From: an uncultured virus (IMG/VR IMGVR_UViG_3300037067_004637)
Taxonomy: Duplodnaviria > Heunggongvirae > Uroviricota > Caudoviricetes
DNA: 64,000 nucleotides
Virus record (IMG/VR): IMGVR_UViG_3300037067_004637
Strand: one strand, 5' to 3'
How positions within the stretch are numbered: position 1 is the stretch's first letter; each line of letters begins with the position of its first letter. Below the pieces are notes generated by a model. It ran no database searches, was not told where the DNA came from, and saw only the letters and a program-made list of their open reading frames with translations. Of this stretch, positions 1-11,028 are shown one piece after another. The position numbers and the translations under genes were made by a program.

Positions 1-68
1 GTAATGTTTTTTAAATATATATTAAAAAATAAAATAATCTTTTTGTTTTTTAAATCTGTCTATAAAAA

Positions 69-80
69 TTTAATATATAA
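69..80 (+). promoter_or_regulatory. Putative late promoter TTTAATATATAA
   Basis: The same motif recurs 20-60 nt upstream of many structural genes and resembles the T4 late promoter TATAAATA. Confidence 0.55.
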
Positions 81-111
81 TAAAAAGTATATAAAATAAT
101 TTTTTTAATCA

Positions 112-3100
112 ATGATAAATAAAAGTTTTCAAATTTTAAGAACTAATCCATTATTAACAACAAATTATAAGATAGTAATTTCATCTGATTATAAACTATA
201 TCTTGAAAGTTTTGATAGTAACAAACAGTTAAGTGATACTAAATATAAACATGTTATAGTAAATAAAGATGATTTATTAGAAAATATAATTTATAAATTT
301 TACGATAAATTACCAGTAAACATAGCATATGATGTTAAGTATGATAGTGATAATAATATAATGTATTCAAATTTTGATAATCAATTTGATGATATTTATT
401 ATTCAGGTGCTAAGAATGTTGAAGATCAATGGTATAATGAAGAATTTGAATATTTTGCTCCTTTGTATATAAGACCAGATAATATACCATCTAATTTTGT
501 AATATTAAGAGTTGATGAACCAGCTATTTATAAATTAAGAGGTGAAAAATATAAAATAGAAAATTTAAATAAAGAAAATTTCAGAAGTGAATTAATAGAT
601 AAATGGAAATGTGTAAATGTTTTTAATTTAACAAAAACATCTGATTTAGGTGTATTTTTAACAAATAATTATGTAGAAAATTTAAGATTTCCAAAAAAAG
701 TGTTTGATTTAGATATCAAGAAATATAATTTTTCAAGATGGTATGGTATGGATTATAATAGTGGAGTTTACACAGAAAAATCTTTATTACTTGATGATAA
801 ATTATATTATGAAAATCCTGATTTCAATTTAGAAAGTTATATTTCAACTGGATATAGGGATAATAAACTTATATTTCCAAGCATTTTAAATTTAAAATTT
901 TTATTTGATGATATACCTGCAACAGCAGATGTTATAAACAAATGGTCGTTAAATAGATATTATGGTTTTTATACAGAAAGTTTAGAAAGTGTTAATAATT
1001 TAACAACATATGTAACACCAACATTAAAGAATAATATTAAATTAATAAATAATATTTTTATTAAAGTTGGAACATCAAGTGAAAATATAAATCCTTTTGT
1101 TGAAAATTGGAATACTAATAATGTATATTTTATTTATGTTGATAATAATTTATATAAGGTTGAAAGATATTCAGAAAATAATAATTATGTATATAAAGTT
1201 ATAAGTGATAAAAAATTAGATAATATATTTGATGTAAGTTCTGTTTATGATAATACAGTAACAATAGTTTATGATGATGTTAATAAAAGAAATAATATTG
1301 TTAGTAAAAATAATAATCTTTTAATTGATGAATTTGTTGATAAATCTGGTATTACTGATAGTATGTATGCTGATTTATATTTAATAAAAATTAATGGAAA
1401 TTATCATGTTATTAAAAATGATAAAACAACAGTAACAGATGAATATGGTAATATAGTACAATATATTAATAATTATTATATTCAAACAGATTATGCTATA
1501 AATTCCAATAATGAAATACTTGAATATTGGATAGGTGGAAAAACGTCTGAATATTATAAAAAATATGAAGTTTATAATAAAAATGATAAAAATAAATTAC
1601 CTTTAATTTATACTATTTATAGAATAAAATTCTCTGACATAAAAGATTTTGATTTTGATAGAGTTAATACACATTTTTCAGATTTTGAATATGAAACATC
1701 AGAATTTAAAAATACAGAAGAAATTAAATTATATGCTACAGAATATAGAGATATAAGCATACCAAAAAGTTATAAAATAAATGAAAAAGGTGAAGATGGT
1801 CAATATAAAGTAAAGAATGTTTCATCTGAATATATTTCAACTGATGAACTTTTTGAAATAAAAGATAATGATTTGTCTGATATTTGGCGAAAAAATCAAT
1901 CTATTTGTAAATGGGGATATCAAAATTCTATAAGTCATAATGATTATCCATATAAATTAAATAATAGTTTAAAAACTGGAAATGTTTATAATAAAACAAC
2001 AAATCCATTTAATTTACAACCAAATATTATAGATAAAAATCTTGATTATTTTTATAGAATTGGAAAATTTCATAATACATCAGGGGAAACTATTTATTAT
2101 TTAAATCAATCAACAAATATTTATACTGATTTATTAGATCAAACACATAGTGAGAAATTTAATGTTGATTTATATTTTAATTCTAATGTTGATTATTTCA
2201 CATATTTTTTTAATAATAAAGAATTGTATTATGATTTTGGAAATTATTATATTAAACAATATGAAAAATATTCATTATTTACTAATGGTGATAAATATGA
2301 AAATTCAAGCACAGTATTTAAAGGATTAAAAATAAATATACAAGGTGTTGAAAATTATATTTTAACAAATGATACTTATAATAAAATTCAAGAAGTTTTA
2401 ATAGATGATACTAAATTATATAATGATTATAAATTTACTATTATATTAAATGATAGATATAGTGGTGTTACAGATAGTTATTTAAATGATAAAGCATTAT
2501 CAAATAATACTATAATAGATACAACAAAAAATGGTATTCATATTATTTTAAACGAAAAATTTAAAAATGTTTTGGTTATCATAAATGTTAAAATTCCAAT
2601 TTTAAGTTCCTATGAAGATTTAAATATGATTGATATATTTGGAGAAAATTATGGATTATATTATGCAAAAACTTTAACAGGTGATAGTATTGATAATAAT
2701 TATAGTGGAACAGATAAATATAATCCAGCTATGATTACAGCTTATAATTTTATTGAATCATTGAATAATATGAATAATATTAATGAATTTGAAAATTATA
2801 TAACATATTATTATATAGATAAAGATGGTATTTCTGGAAAAACTACTATAACAGATTATATTAATTCAACTTTAATTGATATACCAAGTTGGAAAAAGAA
2901 AGTTCCACCTTTTATTTTAACAGTTGAAACACCAACAAGTTTAGTGTTAAAGAAAAAATCATATATTAACACTGCATTAGATGGGCCAGAATATAACATT
3001 TATGATAAATATAAAATAACACAAACACAAAAATTAACGAGAGATACTGATATTGATGATTATTTAGCAAGAAAGATAACATTAAATGAAACAGAAAATG

Positions 3101-5097
3101 TTCAAATGATGAAATATCATAAAGAATCTGTTATTCATACAAATAAAATTTATAGATATAGTGGTTCTTATGAACCTATATTTAAAAATATACCATTATT
3201 TAATTCTTATGATATTTGGAGTGGTAATACTTATTATAAAGATAAAAATTATAATTTTGATTTATCTTTAACAAATTTTGGAATTATAGAAGAAAATATT
3301 TTATCTAAAGTTAATTCAACAGAAAATTTATTAAAATTACAAAATGTAGAAAATGATAAATCAATTTATCCATTATTAGATGAATTTGGATACACATATT
3401 CAAATAGATTTATTTTTAAATCTGGTTGGGATAATGATTTCTTTATCGAATCCATACCACCAACAGAAGATGAATATCAAGTTGGTCAGTTGTTTGTTAC
3501 ATTAAATTATGTAAGTACTGGAACATATACTGGAACATTAACAGCTTCATATAAAAACTCTGGTAGTATACCAAGAAATGGTATTGTTACATTTTATTAT
3601 TTAAGTCCAACTGGTAGTACATATGAATCATTTTTTACATCAGGTGTAACTATTTTAGGTAATAATACTGAAATTGTTATAACTAATGTAAATTTAGTTA
3701 ATATTTATGGATTGCATCAATTTAAAACAGATATATCACCAAGCGAATTAGCATTAACTAATTATATAGTAACACCATTACCACCTAAAGCTAAATTTAC
3801 ACCAACAACAGCAAATATTACTGCTGGTAATAGTGTAACATTTAACTATGTTCCAACTGCTGGATATGGTACACCTACATATTTTTTATGGAATTTTGAA
3901 AATGGTGTACCTACAACATCAAATTCACAAAATGTTACAGTTACTTATCCATCACATGTAGGATCACCATTTAATGTTAGATTGTTTGTTAGTAATTTAG
4001 GTGGTTCAGATGATACATTAAATACTTATAACAATATAATACAAGTAAATCAGGGTATTCAACCACCTGTTGCAAGTTTTACTCCAGCACCAGCAAACAC
4101 ATATACAAATACTTATGTTAATTTTACTTATAATGGTACTGGTGGTTCTCCAACATCATATTCTTGGACATTTAACGGTGGAACACCATCAACGTCAACT
4201 TTAGCTAACCCTGTTGTTAAATGGAGTAGTAGTGGAACATTTTCAGTATCTTTAACTGTTTCAAATAGTGCAGGTTCAAGTAATTTTGGTAGTATTGCTA
4301 AAATAACAACATACACACCACCAACATCACCACCTGATGTTGATTTATTAACAACACCAACATTATTAAATAGTTCGGAAGGTTATGTTGAAACATTTGA
4401 AGATCGTTCAACTGCTGGTACTAATCCATATTCAATAGTTGGTTATTATTATAAGAAATCACCATCTACAACTTGGATTAGTGCTGGATCAACATCATCA
4501 AGTGTAGATGTAACTATAACACCAACAGCTAGTGTTACAACATATGATGCAAAATTAACAATAAAAGATAATGTTACAAACATTACATATACTGATACAA
4601 TATATAATGCTTTTGTAGTATATCCAATTTCTTGTTTTTCAATAAATACACCAATACCTATGTATGATGGAACATGGAAAAGATTAGGTGATTTAAAAAT
4701 TGGTGATGAATTAAAAACTTTTTATATAGATGATTTTATAGATTCATCAGTTGAAGGTTGGGAAGATTGGACAACAACTAAAATTAAAGCAAATATTGAT
4801 AAAACAATTGTAAAAGAAAAAGTTAATTATATTTCAAATAATTATTATATCATAAACAATGAATATGAGGTAACTGGTGAACATAGATTTTTAATAAAGA
4901 AGAAAGGTAAAAAAAATTGGAGTTGGGTTAGAGTTAAGAATTTAAATATCGGTGATAAAATGTTTGATATAAATAAAAAAGAAATAATTATAAATTCGAT
5001 AGATTTTGTTGAACATAAATTAGAAGTTGTTTTATTAAATGTTGAAAATTTAGATTGTTTTTTTGCTAATGGTATTTTTGTTCATAATTATAAATAA
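112..5097 (+). CDS. Large putative virion structural protein with PKD domains and a C-terminal Hint (intein-like) domain
   Basis: 1661 aa ORF. PKD-like motifs (PPVASFT...SYSWTFNGG...GTFSVSLTVSN). C-terminal CFSINT...LKIGD...VTGEHRF...FFANGIFVHN matches the Hint block A/B/F/G pattern. Confidence 0.8.
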   Translation: MINKSFQILRTNPLLTTNYKIVISSDYKLYLESFDSNKQLSDTKYKHVIVNKDDLLENIIYKFYDKLPVNIAYDVKYDSDNNIMYSNFDNQFDDIYYSGAKNVEDQWYNEEFEYFAPLYIRPDNIPSNFVILRVDEPAIYKLRGEKYKIENLNKENFRSELIDKWKCVNVFNLTKTSDLGVFLTNNYVENLRFPKKVFDLDIKKYNFSRWYGMDYNSGVYTEKSLLLDDKLYYENPDFNLESYISTGYRDNKLIFPSILNLKFLFDDIPATADVINKWSLNRYYGFYTESLESVNNLTTYVTPTLKNNIKLINNIFIKVGTSSENINPFVENWNTNNVYFIYVDNNLYKVERYSENNNYVYKVISDKKLDNIFDVSSVYDNTVTIVYDDVNKRNNIVSKNNNLLIDEFVDKSGITDSMYADLYLIKINGNYHVIKNDKTTVTDEYGNIVQYINNYYIQTDYAINSNNEILEYWIGGKTSEYYKKYEVYNKNDKNKLPLIYTIYRIKFSDIKDFDFDRVNTHFSDFEYETSEFKNTEEIKLYATEYRDISIPKSYKINEKGEDGQYKVKNVSSEYISTDELFEIKDNDLSDIWRKNQSICKWGYQNSISHNDYPYKLNNSLKTGNVYNKTTNPFNLQPNIIDKNLDYFYRIGKFHNTSGETIYYLNQSTNIYTDLLDQTHSEKFNVDLYFNSNVDYFTYFFNNKELYYDFGNYYIKQYEKYSLFTNGDKYENSSTVFKGLKINIQGVENYILTNDTYNKIQEVLIDDTKLYNDYKFTIILNDRYSGVTDSYLNDKALSNNTIIDTTKNGIHIILNEKFKNVLVIINVKIPILSSYEDLNMIDIFGENYGLYYAKTLTGDSIDNNYSGTDKYNPAMITAYNFIESLNNMNNINEFENYITYYYIDKDGISGKTTITDYINSTLIDIPSWKKKVPPFILTVETPTSLVLKKKSYINTALDGPEYNIYDKYKITQTQKLTRDTDIDDYLARKITLNETENVQMMKYHKESVIHTNKIYRYSGSYEPIFKNIPLFNSYDIWSGNTYYKDKNYNFDLSLTNFGIIEENILSKVNSTENLLKLQNVENDKSIYPLLDEFGYTYSNRFIFKSGWDNDFFIESIPPTEDEYQVGQLFVTLNYVSTGTYTGTLTASYKNSGSIPRNGIVTFYYLSPTGSTYESFFTSGVTILGNNTEIVITNVNLVNIYGLHQFKTDISPSELALTNYIVTPLPPKAKFTPTTANITAGNSVTFNYVPTAGYGTPTYFLWNFENGVPTTSNSQNVTVTYPSHVGSPFNVRLFVSNLGGSDDTLNTYNNIIQVNQGIQPPVASFTPAPANTYTNTYVNFTYNGTGGSPTSYSWTFNGGTPSTSTLANPVVKWSSSGTFSVSLTVSNSAGSSNFGSIAKITTYTPPTSPPDVDLLTTPTLLNSSEGYVETFEDRSTAGTNPYSIVGYYYKKSPSTTWISAGSTSSSVDVTITPTASVTTYDAKLTIKDNVTNITYTDTIYNAFVVYPISCFSINTPIPMYDGTWKRLGDLKIGDELKTFYIDDFIDSSVEGWEDWTTTKIKANIDKTIVKEKVNYISNNYYIINNEYEVTGEHRFLIKKKGKKNWSWVRVKNLNIGDKMFDINKKEIIINSIDFVEHKLEVVLLNVENLDCFFANGIFVHNYK

Positions 5098-5110
5098 AAA
5101 TAAATAAAAC

Positions 5111-5839
5111 ATGAAAAGTAATATTTTAATATATCAATTAGATAAACAATATGTTTCTGGTACTAACAGTGAAAATGAAATGAGAAATTATTTTGGTTCT
5201 AAAATGTTAGAGATTGAAGATTCTATTATAATAGACGATATATCTATTCAATATACAGAATTAGTATCAAATGATAATAATAATGGTTTTCAGAGTTATA
5301 CGTATGATAATTTAACAGAAACAATTAAAATAAAAAATTTATCAGATTTAAAATTAGAAAATTCAAGTATAGAACTTCAATCTCAAAATACTGTTGATTT
5401 AGAAAATAATACTAAATGGTTAATAAGAATAAATTGTAAAAAAATATTACAAGAATATTTATTTTTAAAAATAAAAGAAAATAGAACTTTTAAATGTATA
5501 TCATATGAAGATTTATATGGTTATGATATTAATACATATATTAGAAGATATATTAATAAAAATATTTTAAATAGATATAAATTTAATAAAATAGATTTAT
5601 ACATAAATTATATTAATATTATTACAGAAGGTAATATTTATAATACAGTTAAATTAAAATATAACCCTGTTTATAATAGAAATATAATAAATAATGATAA
5701 TTTAGTAAAAAATGTTAATATTCAACAAATATCAAATATTTTATATCTTGATGAATTAAAAGTTTTATATAATCAAATTAAAAAATCTACTGAATATAAA
5801 ATAGAATATTATTTTAATATTCATTTTTCAAAAGTGTAA
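5111..5839 (+). CDS. Hypothetical protein (probably virion-associated)
   Basis: 242 aa ORF directly downstream of the structural gene; no recognisable motif. Confidence 0.6.
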   Translation: MKSNILIYQLDKQYVSGTNSENEMRNYFGSKMLEIEDSIIIDDISIQYTELVSNDNNNGFQSYTYDNLTETIKIKNLSDLKLENSSIELQSQNTVDLENNTKWLIRINCKKILQEYLFLKIKENRTFKCISYEDLYGYDINTYIRRYINKNILNRYKFNKIDLYINYINIITEGNIYNTVKLKYNPVYNRNIINNDNLVKNVNIQQISNILYLDELKVLYNQIKKSTEYKIEYYFNIHFSKV

Positions 5840-5887
5840 ACAAAATCATATTTTTTGTATATAATTTAAAAAATAATTTATAATTTA

Positions 5888-6349
5888 ATGGCTGATGATG
5901 CAAAAGAAAAATTTGAATCAATATTAGATGATTTGGAAAATTCATTTGAAAGAAAAAAAGAAATTTGGAATAATACTATTAAAGAATTAGCAAATAGACT
6001 TAGAAATAAAAATCCAAAAGAACTTGTAGATTTACAAGCTGATACTATTAGCCAAAAACAAATGGTAGTTGATGAAACAACTGATTATTTAGTTAAACTC
6101 GCTAAAGATACAAGTAAGAAAAAATCTTTATATAAATCAAAAATAGAAATTTATAAAGTTCATCCAATTAAATTAACTACTGGTGAAATGGGTAAAATGA
6201 TTGAATCAGATTTGTCTTTATATGAACGAAAGTTAAATATATATGAAGCTTATATTGAGTATTTAAGAGAAACAGGTAAAAATTTAGAACAAATAAATTA
6301 TGGTATTAAAAATAAAATTGAATTGATTAACCAATTTGGTATAGATTAA
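5888..6349 (+). CDS. UvsY-like recombination mediator (helical protein)
   Basis: 153 aa, coiled-coil character, adjacent to a UvsW-like helicase as in T4-like phages. Assigned from size and synteny. Confidence 0.5.
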   Translation: MADDAKEKFESILDDLENSFERKKEIWNNTIKELANRLRNKNPKELVDLQADTISQKQMVVDETTDYLVKLAKDTSKKKSLYKSKIEIYKVHPIKLTTGEMGKMIESDLSLYERKLNIYEAYIEYLRETGKNLEQINYGIKNKIELINQFGID

Positions 6350-6365
6350 AAAATATTTTTTTTAA

Positions 6366-7937
6366 ATGAAATTAAAATTTAGCAATGATAAGTCAAAAAT
6401 AATATTAACTGAGGCATCAAATAGAGAAATTCACCAACTTAAATTATGGTTAATTAGATATGCTAAGAATTACCGTTTTATGCAAAAATTCAAATTGGGT
6501 GTTTGGGATGGTAAAATAGATCATTTTAAAGATGGATATATAAGATTTGGTTTATGGCAAGAAGTTTATAAATGTTGTAAAGAATATGAATATAAATTTG
6601 ATATACCAAAAGAAGATTTTCCTTTTGATAATAAAATTACAATAGATAATGTTCAAAAATTTTCTGATGAATTCTATCATGGTTATAGAACATTAAAAAC
6701 TAAAGATGATCCAGAAGGTAAAGAATTTAAACCATATGACCATCAAATAAATTCTGTTTTTAAAATGTTAAAATATAAATTCGGTTTAATTGAAGTTGCA
6801 ACTGCAGGTGGAAAATCTTTGATATTTGGAACATTTTTGTTTTATTATTTAAAAAATATAAATCCAAATGGTAAAATTTTATTAGTCGTTCCAAATGTGA
6901 GCCTTGTTTTACAATTCCATGATGACATTTTAGATTATAATTTTGGATATAATAAAGAGAATAAAAATCCTTTTGATTTAAAAATTCATGAAATAATGTC
7001 TGATAAACCAAGAAAATATAGAGGTGAAGGAGAACCTAATATTTATATTGGAACTTATCAAAGTATAGAAAAATATCCTGAAACATGGTTAAGACAATTT
7101 GATATTGTAGTTACAGATGAAGCTCATACATGTACTGCTATAACATTAGAAAAAATATTATCTACAACATTTGGTTCTGCTAAATATAGATTAGGGATGA
7201 GTGGTACTTATCCAAATGAAGAATCTGCTGAATTTTTATCAATAATTTCATTAATGGGACCAAAATTATTAACTGTTGGTTCAAAAGTACTCAGAGAAAA
7301 AAATATAATTTCAGATGTTAAAATTAAAATTATTTTATTAAATCATAATGATCAAAGATTTGCTGATAGTATATCTGTTATTAAAAAAAGCGGTAATGGT
7401 CAAAAAGCTTATCAATTAGAAAAAGATTATATTCAAGCATCTTCATTAAGAAGAGAATTTATTTTTAAACTTGTTAATAGATTTGAACAAAATTCATTAT
7501 TATTATTTTATAATGTTGATTATGGAGAAATTATGTTTAATTATTTAAAAGATAATCTTATAAAAAAAGATTTATATTATATAGATGGTGGAACATCATC
7601 AGATAAACGTTCACATATATTAAAAGAGATGGAAAAAACTGATGGTAACACTAAAATATTGTGTGCATCATTTGGTACACTCAGTACTGGTATTAATGTT
7701 AAAGCTATTTCAAATATAGTTTTTATGGATAGTTTTAAGTCCGATAGGATAATTAGACAAAGTATTGGTCGTGGGTTACGTCTTCATTTTGAAAAAAGAA
7801 AACTACATGTTTTTGATCTTGTAGATATATTTCACAAAACATATAAAAACACTTTATATAAACATTATGAATCAAGAAGGGATGAAATTTATAAAAAACA
7901 AGAATTCCCTTATGATGAAATGAAAATTGTATTATAA
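6366..7937 (+). CDS. uvsW: UvsW-like SF2 DNA helicase
   Basis: WDGKI N-terminal motif, Walker A ATAGGKS, DEAH, SGT, STGINV, QSIGRGLR. Confidence 0.9.
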   Translation: MKLKFSNDKSKIILTEASNREIHQLKLWLIRYAKNYRFMQKFKLGVWDGKIDHFKDGYIRFGLWQEVYKCCKEYEYKFDIPKEDFPFDNKITIDNVQKFSDEFYHGYRTLKTKDDPEGKEFKPYDHQINSVFKMLKYKFGLIEVATAGGKSLIFGTFLFYYLKNINPNGKILLVVPNVSLVLQFHDDILDYNFGYNKENKNPFDLKIHEIMSDKPRKYRGEGEPNIYIGTYQSIEKYPETWLRQFDIVVTDEAHTCTAITLEKILSTTFGSAKYRLGMSGTYPNEESAEFLSIISLMGPKLLTVGSKVLREKNIISDVKIKIILLNHNDQRFADSISVIKKSGNGQKAYQLEKDYIQASSLRREFIFKLVNRFEQNSLLLFYNVDYGEIMFNYLKDNLIKKDLYYIDGGTSSDKRSHILKEMEKTDGNTKILCASFGTLSTGINVKAISNIVFMDSFKSDRIIRQSIGRGLRLHFEKRKLHVFDLVDIFHKTYKNTLYKHYESRRDEIYKKQEFPYDEMKIVL

Positions 7938-8031
7938 ATATTTTATTAATTAATAAAAATTTTTTTAAAATTAATAACTTTTATAATTTTTTTACCTATA
8001 TTTATAAGAAATAAAATAAAAATATAAAGAT

Positions 8032-9027
8032 ATGAATAATGATTTATTAATGGAATTTGAAAATATTCTTTTAGAGATAGAAAACGAAAAGAAAGAGAAA
8101 GAAAAATCAATAATTGAAAAAAAGAATGTTATTATTGAAACAAATATTGAAATTACAGATAATGAGAAAGAGATAATAAATTTCATTAAAGAAAAATATA
8201 ATAAAGAAATTGTTCTAAAATATAAAGAAAACAATTTAGAATATGATTTATATTTTCCTGATTTAAATTTGGCTATTGATTATAATGAATTAGAATATCA
8301 TAATGAATTACATAAAGATAAAAAATTTCATTTATCAAAAACTGAAGAAGCAGAAAAGAATAATATAAAGCTTATTCACATTTATGAAGATGATTGGAAT
8401 AATAAAAAAGATATAATAAAATCAAGATTATTAAATTCTTTAAATGTTATACCTATTAAAATATTTGGTAGAAAATGTAAGATTAGAGAAATACCAGAAA
8501 AAGAAAGTAAAATTATTTCAGCATTTTTAAAAGAAAATCATATGCAAGGTATGGTTGGTTCTAAAATAAAAATAGGTTTATATTATAATAATGAATTAGT
8601 TTCTTTAATGACATTTGGTGAAAGAAGAGTAGCTATGGGTGTTAAGAAAAATGCAGATGGTGAATATGAAATGTTAAGATTTTGTAATAAATTAAATGTT
8701 AATGTTATAGGTGGTGCAAGTAAATTATTTCAATATTTTTTAAAAACATATAATCCAAGAGTTGTAACTACATATGCTGATAGAAGTTGGTCTAATGGTG
8801 ATTTGTATATAAAATTAGGTTTTACATATTTATATAAAACTGAGCCAAATTATTATTATGTTGTAGATAATGTTAGAAAACATCGTTTTAATTTTAGAAA
8901 AGATGTTTTAATAAAGCAAGGTTTTGATGGAAGTAAGACTGAAATACAAATAATGCATGATAGAGGTTTATATAGAATATTTGATTCTGGAAATATAAAA
9001 TTTGAATATTTGTTAAAAAATGAATGA
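8032..9027 (+). CDS. Putative homing endonuclease (Vsr/PD-(D/E)xK-like domain) with C-terminal GNAT-like domain
   Basis: YDLYFPDLNLAIDYN...H...IKLIHIYEDDW followed by FLKENHMQG...RFCNK...GGASKL...YADRSWS, an architecture common in large phages. Confidence 0.6.
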   Translation: MNNDLLMEFENILLEIENEKKEKEKSIIEKKNVIIETNIEITDNEKEIINFIKEKYNKEIVLKYKENNLEYDLYFPDLNLAIDYNELEYHNELHKDKKFHLSKTEEAEKNNIKLIHIYEDDWNNKKDIIKSRLLNSLNVIPIKIFGRKCKIREIPEKESKIISAFLKENHMQGMVGSKIKIGLYYNNELVSLMTFGERRVAMGVKKNADGEYEMLRFCNKLNVNVIGGASKLFQYFLKTYNPRVVTTYADRSWSNGDLYIKLGFTYLYKTEPNYYYVVDNVRKHRFNFRKDVLIKQGFDGSKTEIQIMHDRGLYRIFDSGNIKFEYLLKNE

Positions 9028-9313
9028 TAAAAATTCATATATAAATGAAATGTTTTCTTCTTTCAATAAACAAGAAACACATATGAATATACCATATGTA
9101 GATGAATTAAAAATGTATATAATTAATGATTTAAAAAAATTAGGTGTGGATATAAAAAAAATTAATTTTTTTATTGATATGTATGGTATACAAAAAAGAA
9201 ATATTAGTTTTCAATGTAAAAATGAATATACAAGAGAAATTTTATTTAAAAATACAAGAAAGCAAATAGAAAGAAAAATGAAACTATTAAAATTAGGTTT
9301 AGATGATGAATAA
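9020..9313 (+). CDS. Small hypothetical protein with C-terminal RxxKL motif
   Basis: Ends KQIERKMKLLKLGLDDE; similar tail in 9824..10120 and 59539..59937. Confidence 0.6.
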   Translation: MNDKNSYINEMFSSFNKQETHMNIPYVDELKMYIINDLKKLGVDIKKINFFIDMYGIQKRNISFQCKNEYTREILFKNTRKQIERKMKLLKLGLDDE

Positions 9314-9336
9314 TAATATAATTTTTAAAAATATTT

Positions 9337-9606
9337 ATGAACATAATAATTGAATTAGTTGGTTGTATAATTTTCTTTTTCCTTATATCATTTCCAATTT
9401 GGATAAATGGTAATTGGAAAACAATTTTTGATAAAGATTTAAATATATATTATAAACAATTAGAAAAAGATAAATTACAATATAAACAATTAAAAATTGT
9501 TAGTAAAAAACATATATGCACACAACATCAACCATATCAATTAAATGAAAAAGAATATATAATATGTAATTTTATTTGTGATGGTAATTGTCGTTTTAAA
9601 AAATAA
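9337..9606 (+). CDS. Small membrane protein
   Basis: N-terminal hydrophobic helix, Cys-rich tail. Confidence 0.55.
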   Translation: MNIIIELVGCIIFFFLISFPIWINGNWKTIFDKDLNIYYKQLEKDKLQYKQLKIVSKKHICTQHQPYQLNEKEYIICNFICDGNCRFKK

Positions 9607-9612
9607 AAAAAG

Positions 9613-9786
9613 ATTATAAAAGAAGAAGATATAATAAAAATTATCAAAGAATTATTTGAAACAATATTAGTCGCTGAGTGTGATGATCCATATTGTGGTG
9701 TTACTATTGAAGGTAAAGAAAAATTTTTTACTGAATTAAAAATAGAATTAAAAAAATTATTTGATGACAATGATTTAAGTAAATAA
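9613..9786 (+). CDS. Small hypothetical protein, start uncertain (not in ORF track)
   Basis: Open frame IIKEEDIIKIIKELFETILVAECDDPYCGVTIEGKEKFF...* fills the gap; no ATG, possible ATT/ATA start. Confidence 0.4.
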   Translation: MIKEEDIIKIIKELFETILVAECDDPYCGVTIEGKEKFFTELKIELKKLFDDNDLSK

Positions 9787-9823
9787 TTTTTCATCAATAA
9801 AAAATTAAAATAGGGTTTAGAAT

Positions 9824-10120
9824 ATGAATGATAATGAAGAAAAGTATTATTTAATAGAAATATTAGAAGAATTTTACTTACAACAAATTATTGCTGATAA
9901 ATATTTAATAGAAAGAAAATTATATGATTTTATTAATAAAAAATTATTTTCTTTATCTATTGACATGAATGAAATATTATATGAATTGAAAATTGATATT
10001 GATAATACTTATAAAGTAAATTTTAATATAAACCCATTAAATGATTATACAAAACATATTTTATTTTCATCAAAAAAACAAATAATTAGAGAATTAAAAA
10101 TAAAATCTTTAAATTTATAA
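9824..10120 (+). CDS. Small hypothetical protein with C-terminal IRELKIKS motif
   Basis: Resembles 9020..9313 (N-x-YT(R/K)xILF...KQI). Confidence 0.6.
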   Translation: MNDNEEKYYLIEILEEFYLQQIIADKYLIERKLYDFINKKLFSLSIDMNEILYELKIDIDNTYKVNFNINPLNDYTKHILFSSKKQIIRELKIKSLNL

Positions 10121-10172
10121 TTTTAGAACCAAATTTGAAATATATATAAAGTTAAAAATAAATATTTTTAAC

Positions 10173-10499
10173 TTGTCAAAAATATATTTAATAGAAAGTG
10201 TTGATAATTTTCAAACAATTTATAAAATTGGATATACAAATAATAAAACAAAAAATAGAATAAAACAATTACAAACAGGTACAGATTCAGATTTAAAATT
10301 AATATGTGAATTTGAAACAGAGTTTGGTATGAAACTTGAATCAATATTACATAGATATTTTAAATATAAAAAAATAAAAAATGAATGGTTTTCTTTAGAT
10401 TTAGATGAGGTTTTAAAATTTAAAGAAATATGTCAAAAAATAGAAAATAATTTAAAATCATTAACAGAAAAAAACAATTATTATTTTAATAAAAAATAA
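10173..10499 (+). CDS. GIY-YIG superfamily (T5orf172/MUG113-like) nuclease
   Basis: IYLI...YKIGYT...RIKQLQTG...LESILH...EWF; TTG start. Confidence 0.8.
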   Translation: MSKIYLIESVDNFQTIYKIGYTNNKTKNRIKQLQTGTDSDLKLICEFETEFGMKLESILHRYFKYKKIKNEWFSLDLDEVLKFKEICQKIENNLKSLTEKNNYYFNKK

Positions 10500-10510
10500 A
10501 TAAAAATTTT

Positions 10511-10996
10511 ATGATTATAACAATATTACCAGAGGATATTATAAAAAGAGGTTTGTGGGTGGAATATAAAAAATTTGTATTAAAAGATAAAAATGAAGAT
10601 GAAATTAAAGAAATTGTTGAAAAAAATGAACCTTCTGTTATAAGTGAAGAAGATGCTTATGTTGTTGGATTATTAAAAGTTATTGAAACTGATAATTTAA
10701 TTCATGTTTTTAATAATCATATTATAGAAACTTTACAGATAAAAAGTAATATATTTGATAATAGTTTATATATTAATAAAAATATTATATCAAGAGAAAT
10801 AATATCTTATAAAACAAGATATCCAGCATATTATAAACCTAATGTTATATATCAAAAATCTATTGATGTTCTATTTTCATATATAGATAAAATTAAAGAA
10901 AATTTAGATAAATTAGAAAGTTTTGAATATGAATCTAAAGAAAAAAAATATGAATTTTATGATTCAAATAAAGTAAAAAGAATTTTAGATTTATAA
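10511..10996 (+). CDS. Hypothetical protein
   Basis: 161 aa ORF followed by a terminator. Confidence 0.6.
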   Translation: MIITILPEDIIKRGLWVEYKKFVLKDKNEDEIKEIVEKNEPSVISEEDAYVVGLLKVIETDNLIHVFNNHIIETLQIKSNIFDNSLYINKNIISREIISYKTRYPAYYKPNVIYQKSIDVLFSYIDKIKENLDKLESFEYESKEKKYEFYDSNKVKRILDL

Positions 10997-10998
10997 AT

Positions 10999-11026
10999 AA
11001 AAAGGAGATGAAAATCTCCTTTTTTT
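10999..11026. terminator. Bidirectional intrinsic terminator
   Basis: AAAAAGGAGAT-GAAA-ATCTCCTTTTT hairpin between convergent genes. Confidence 0.85.
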
Positions 11027-11028
11027 GT

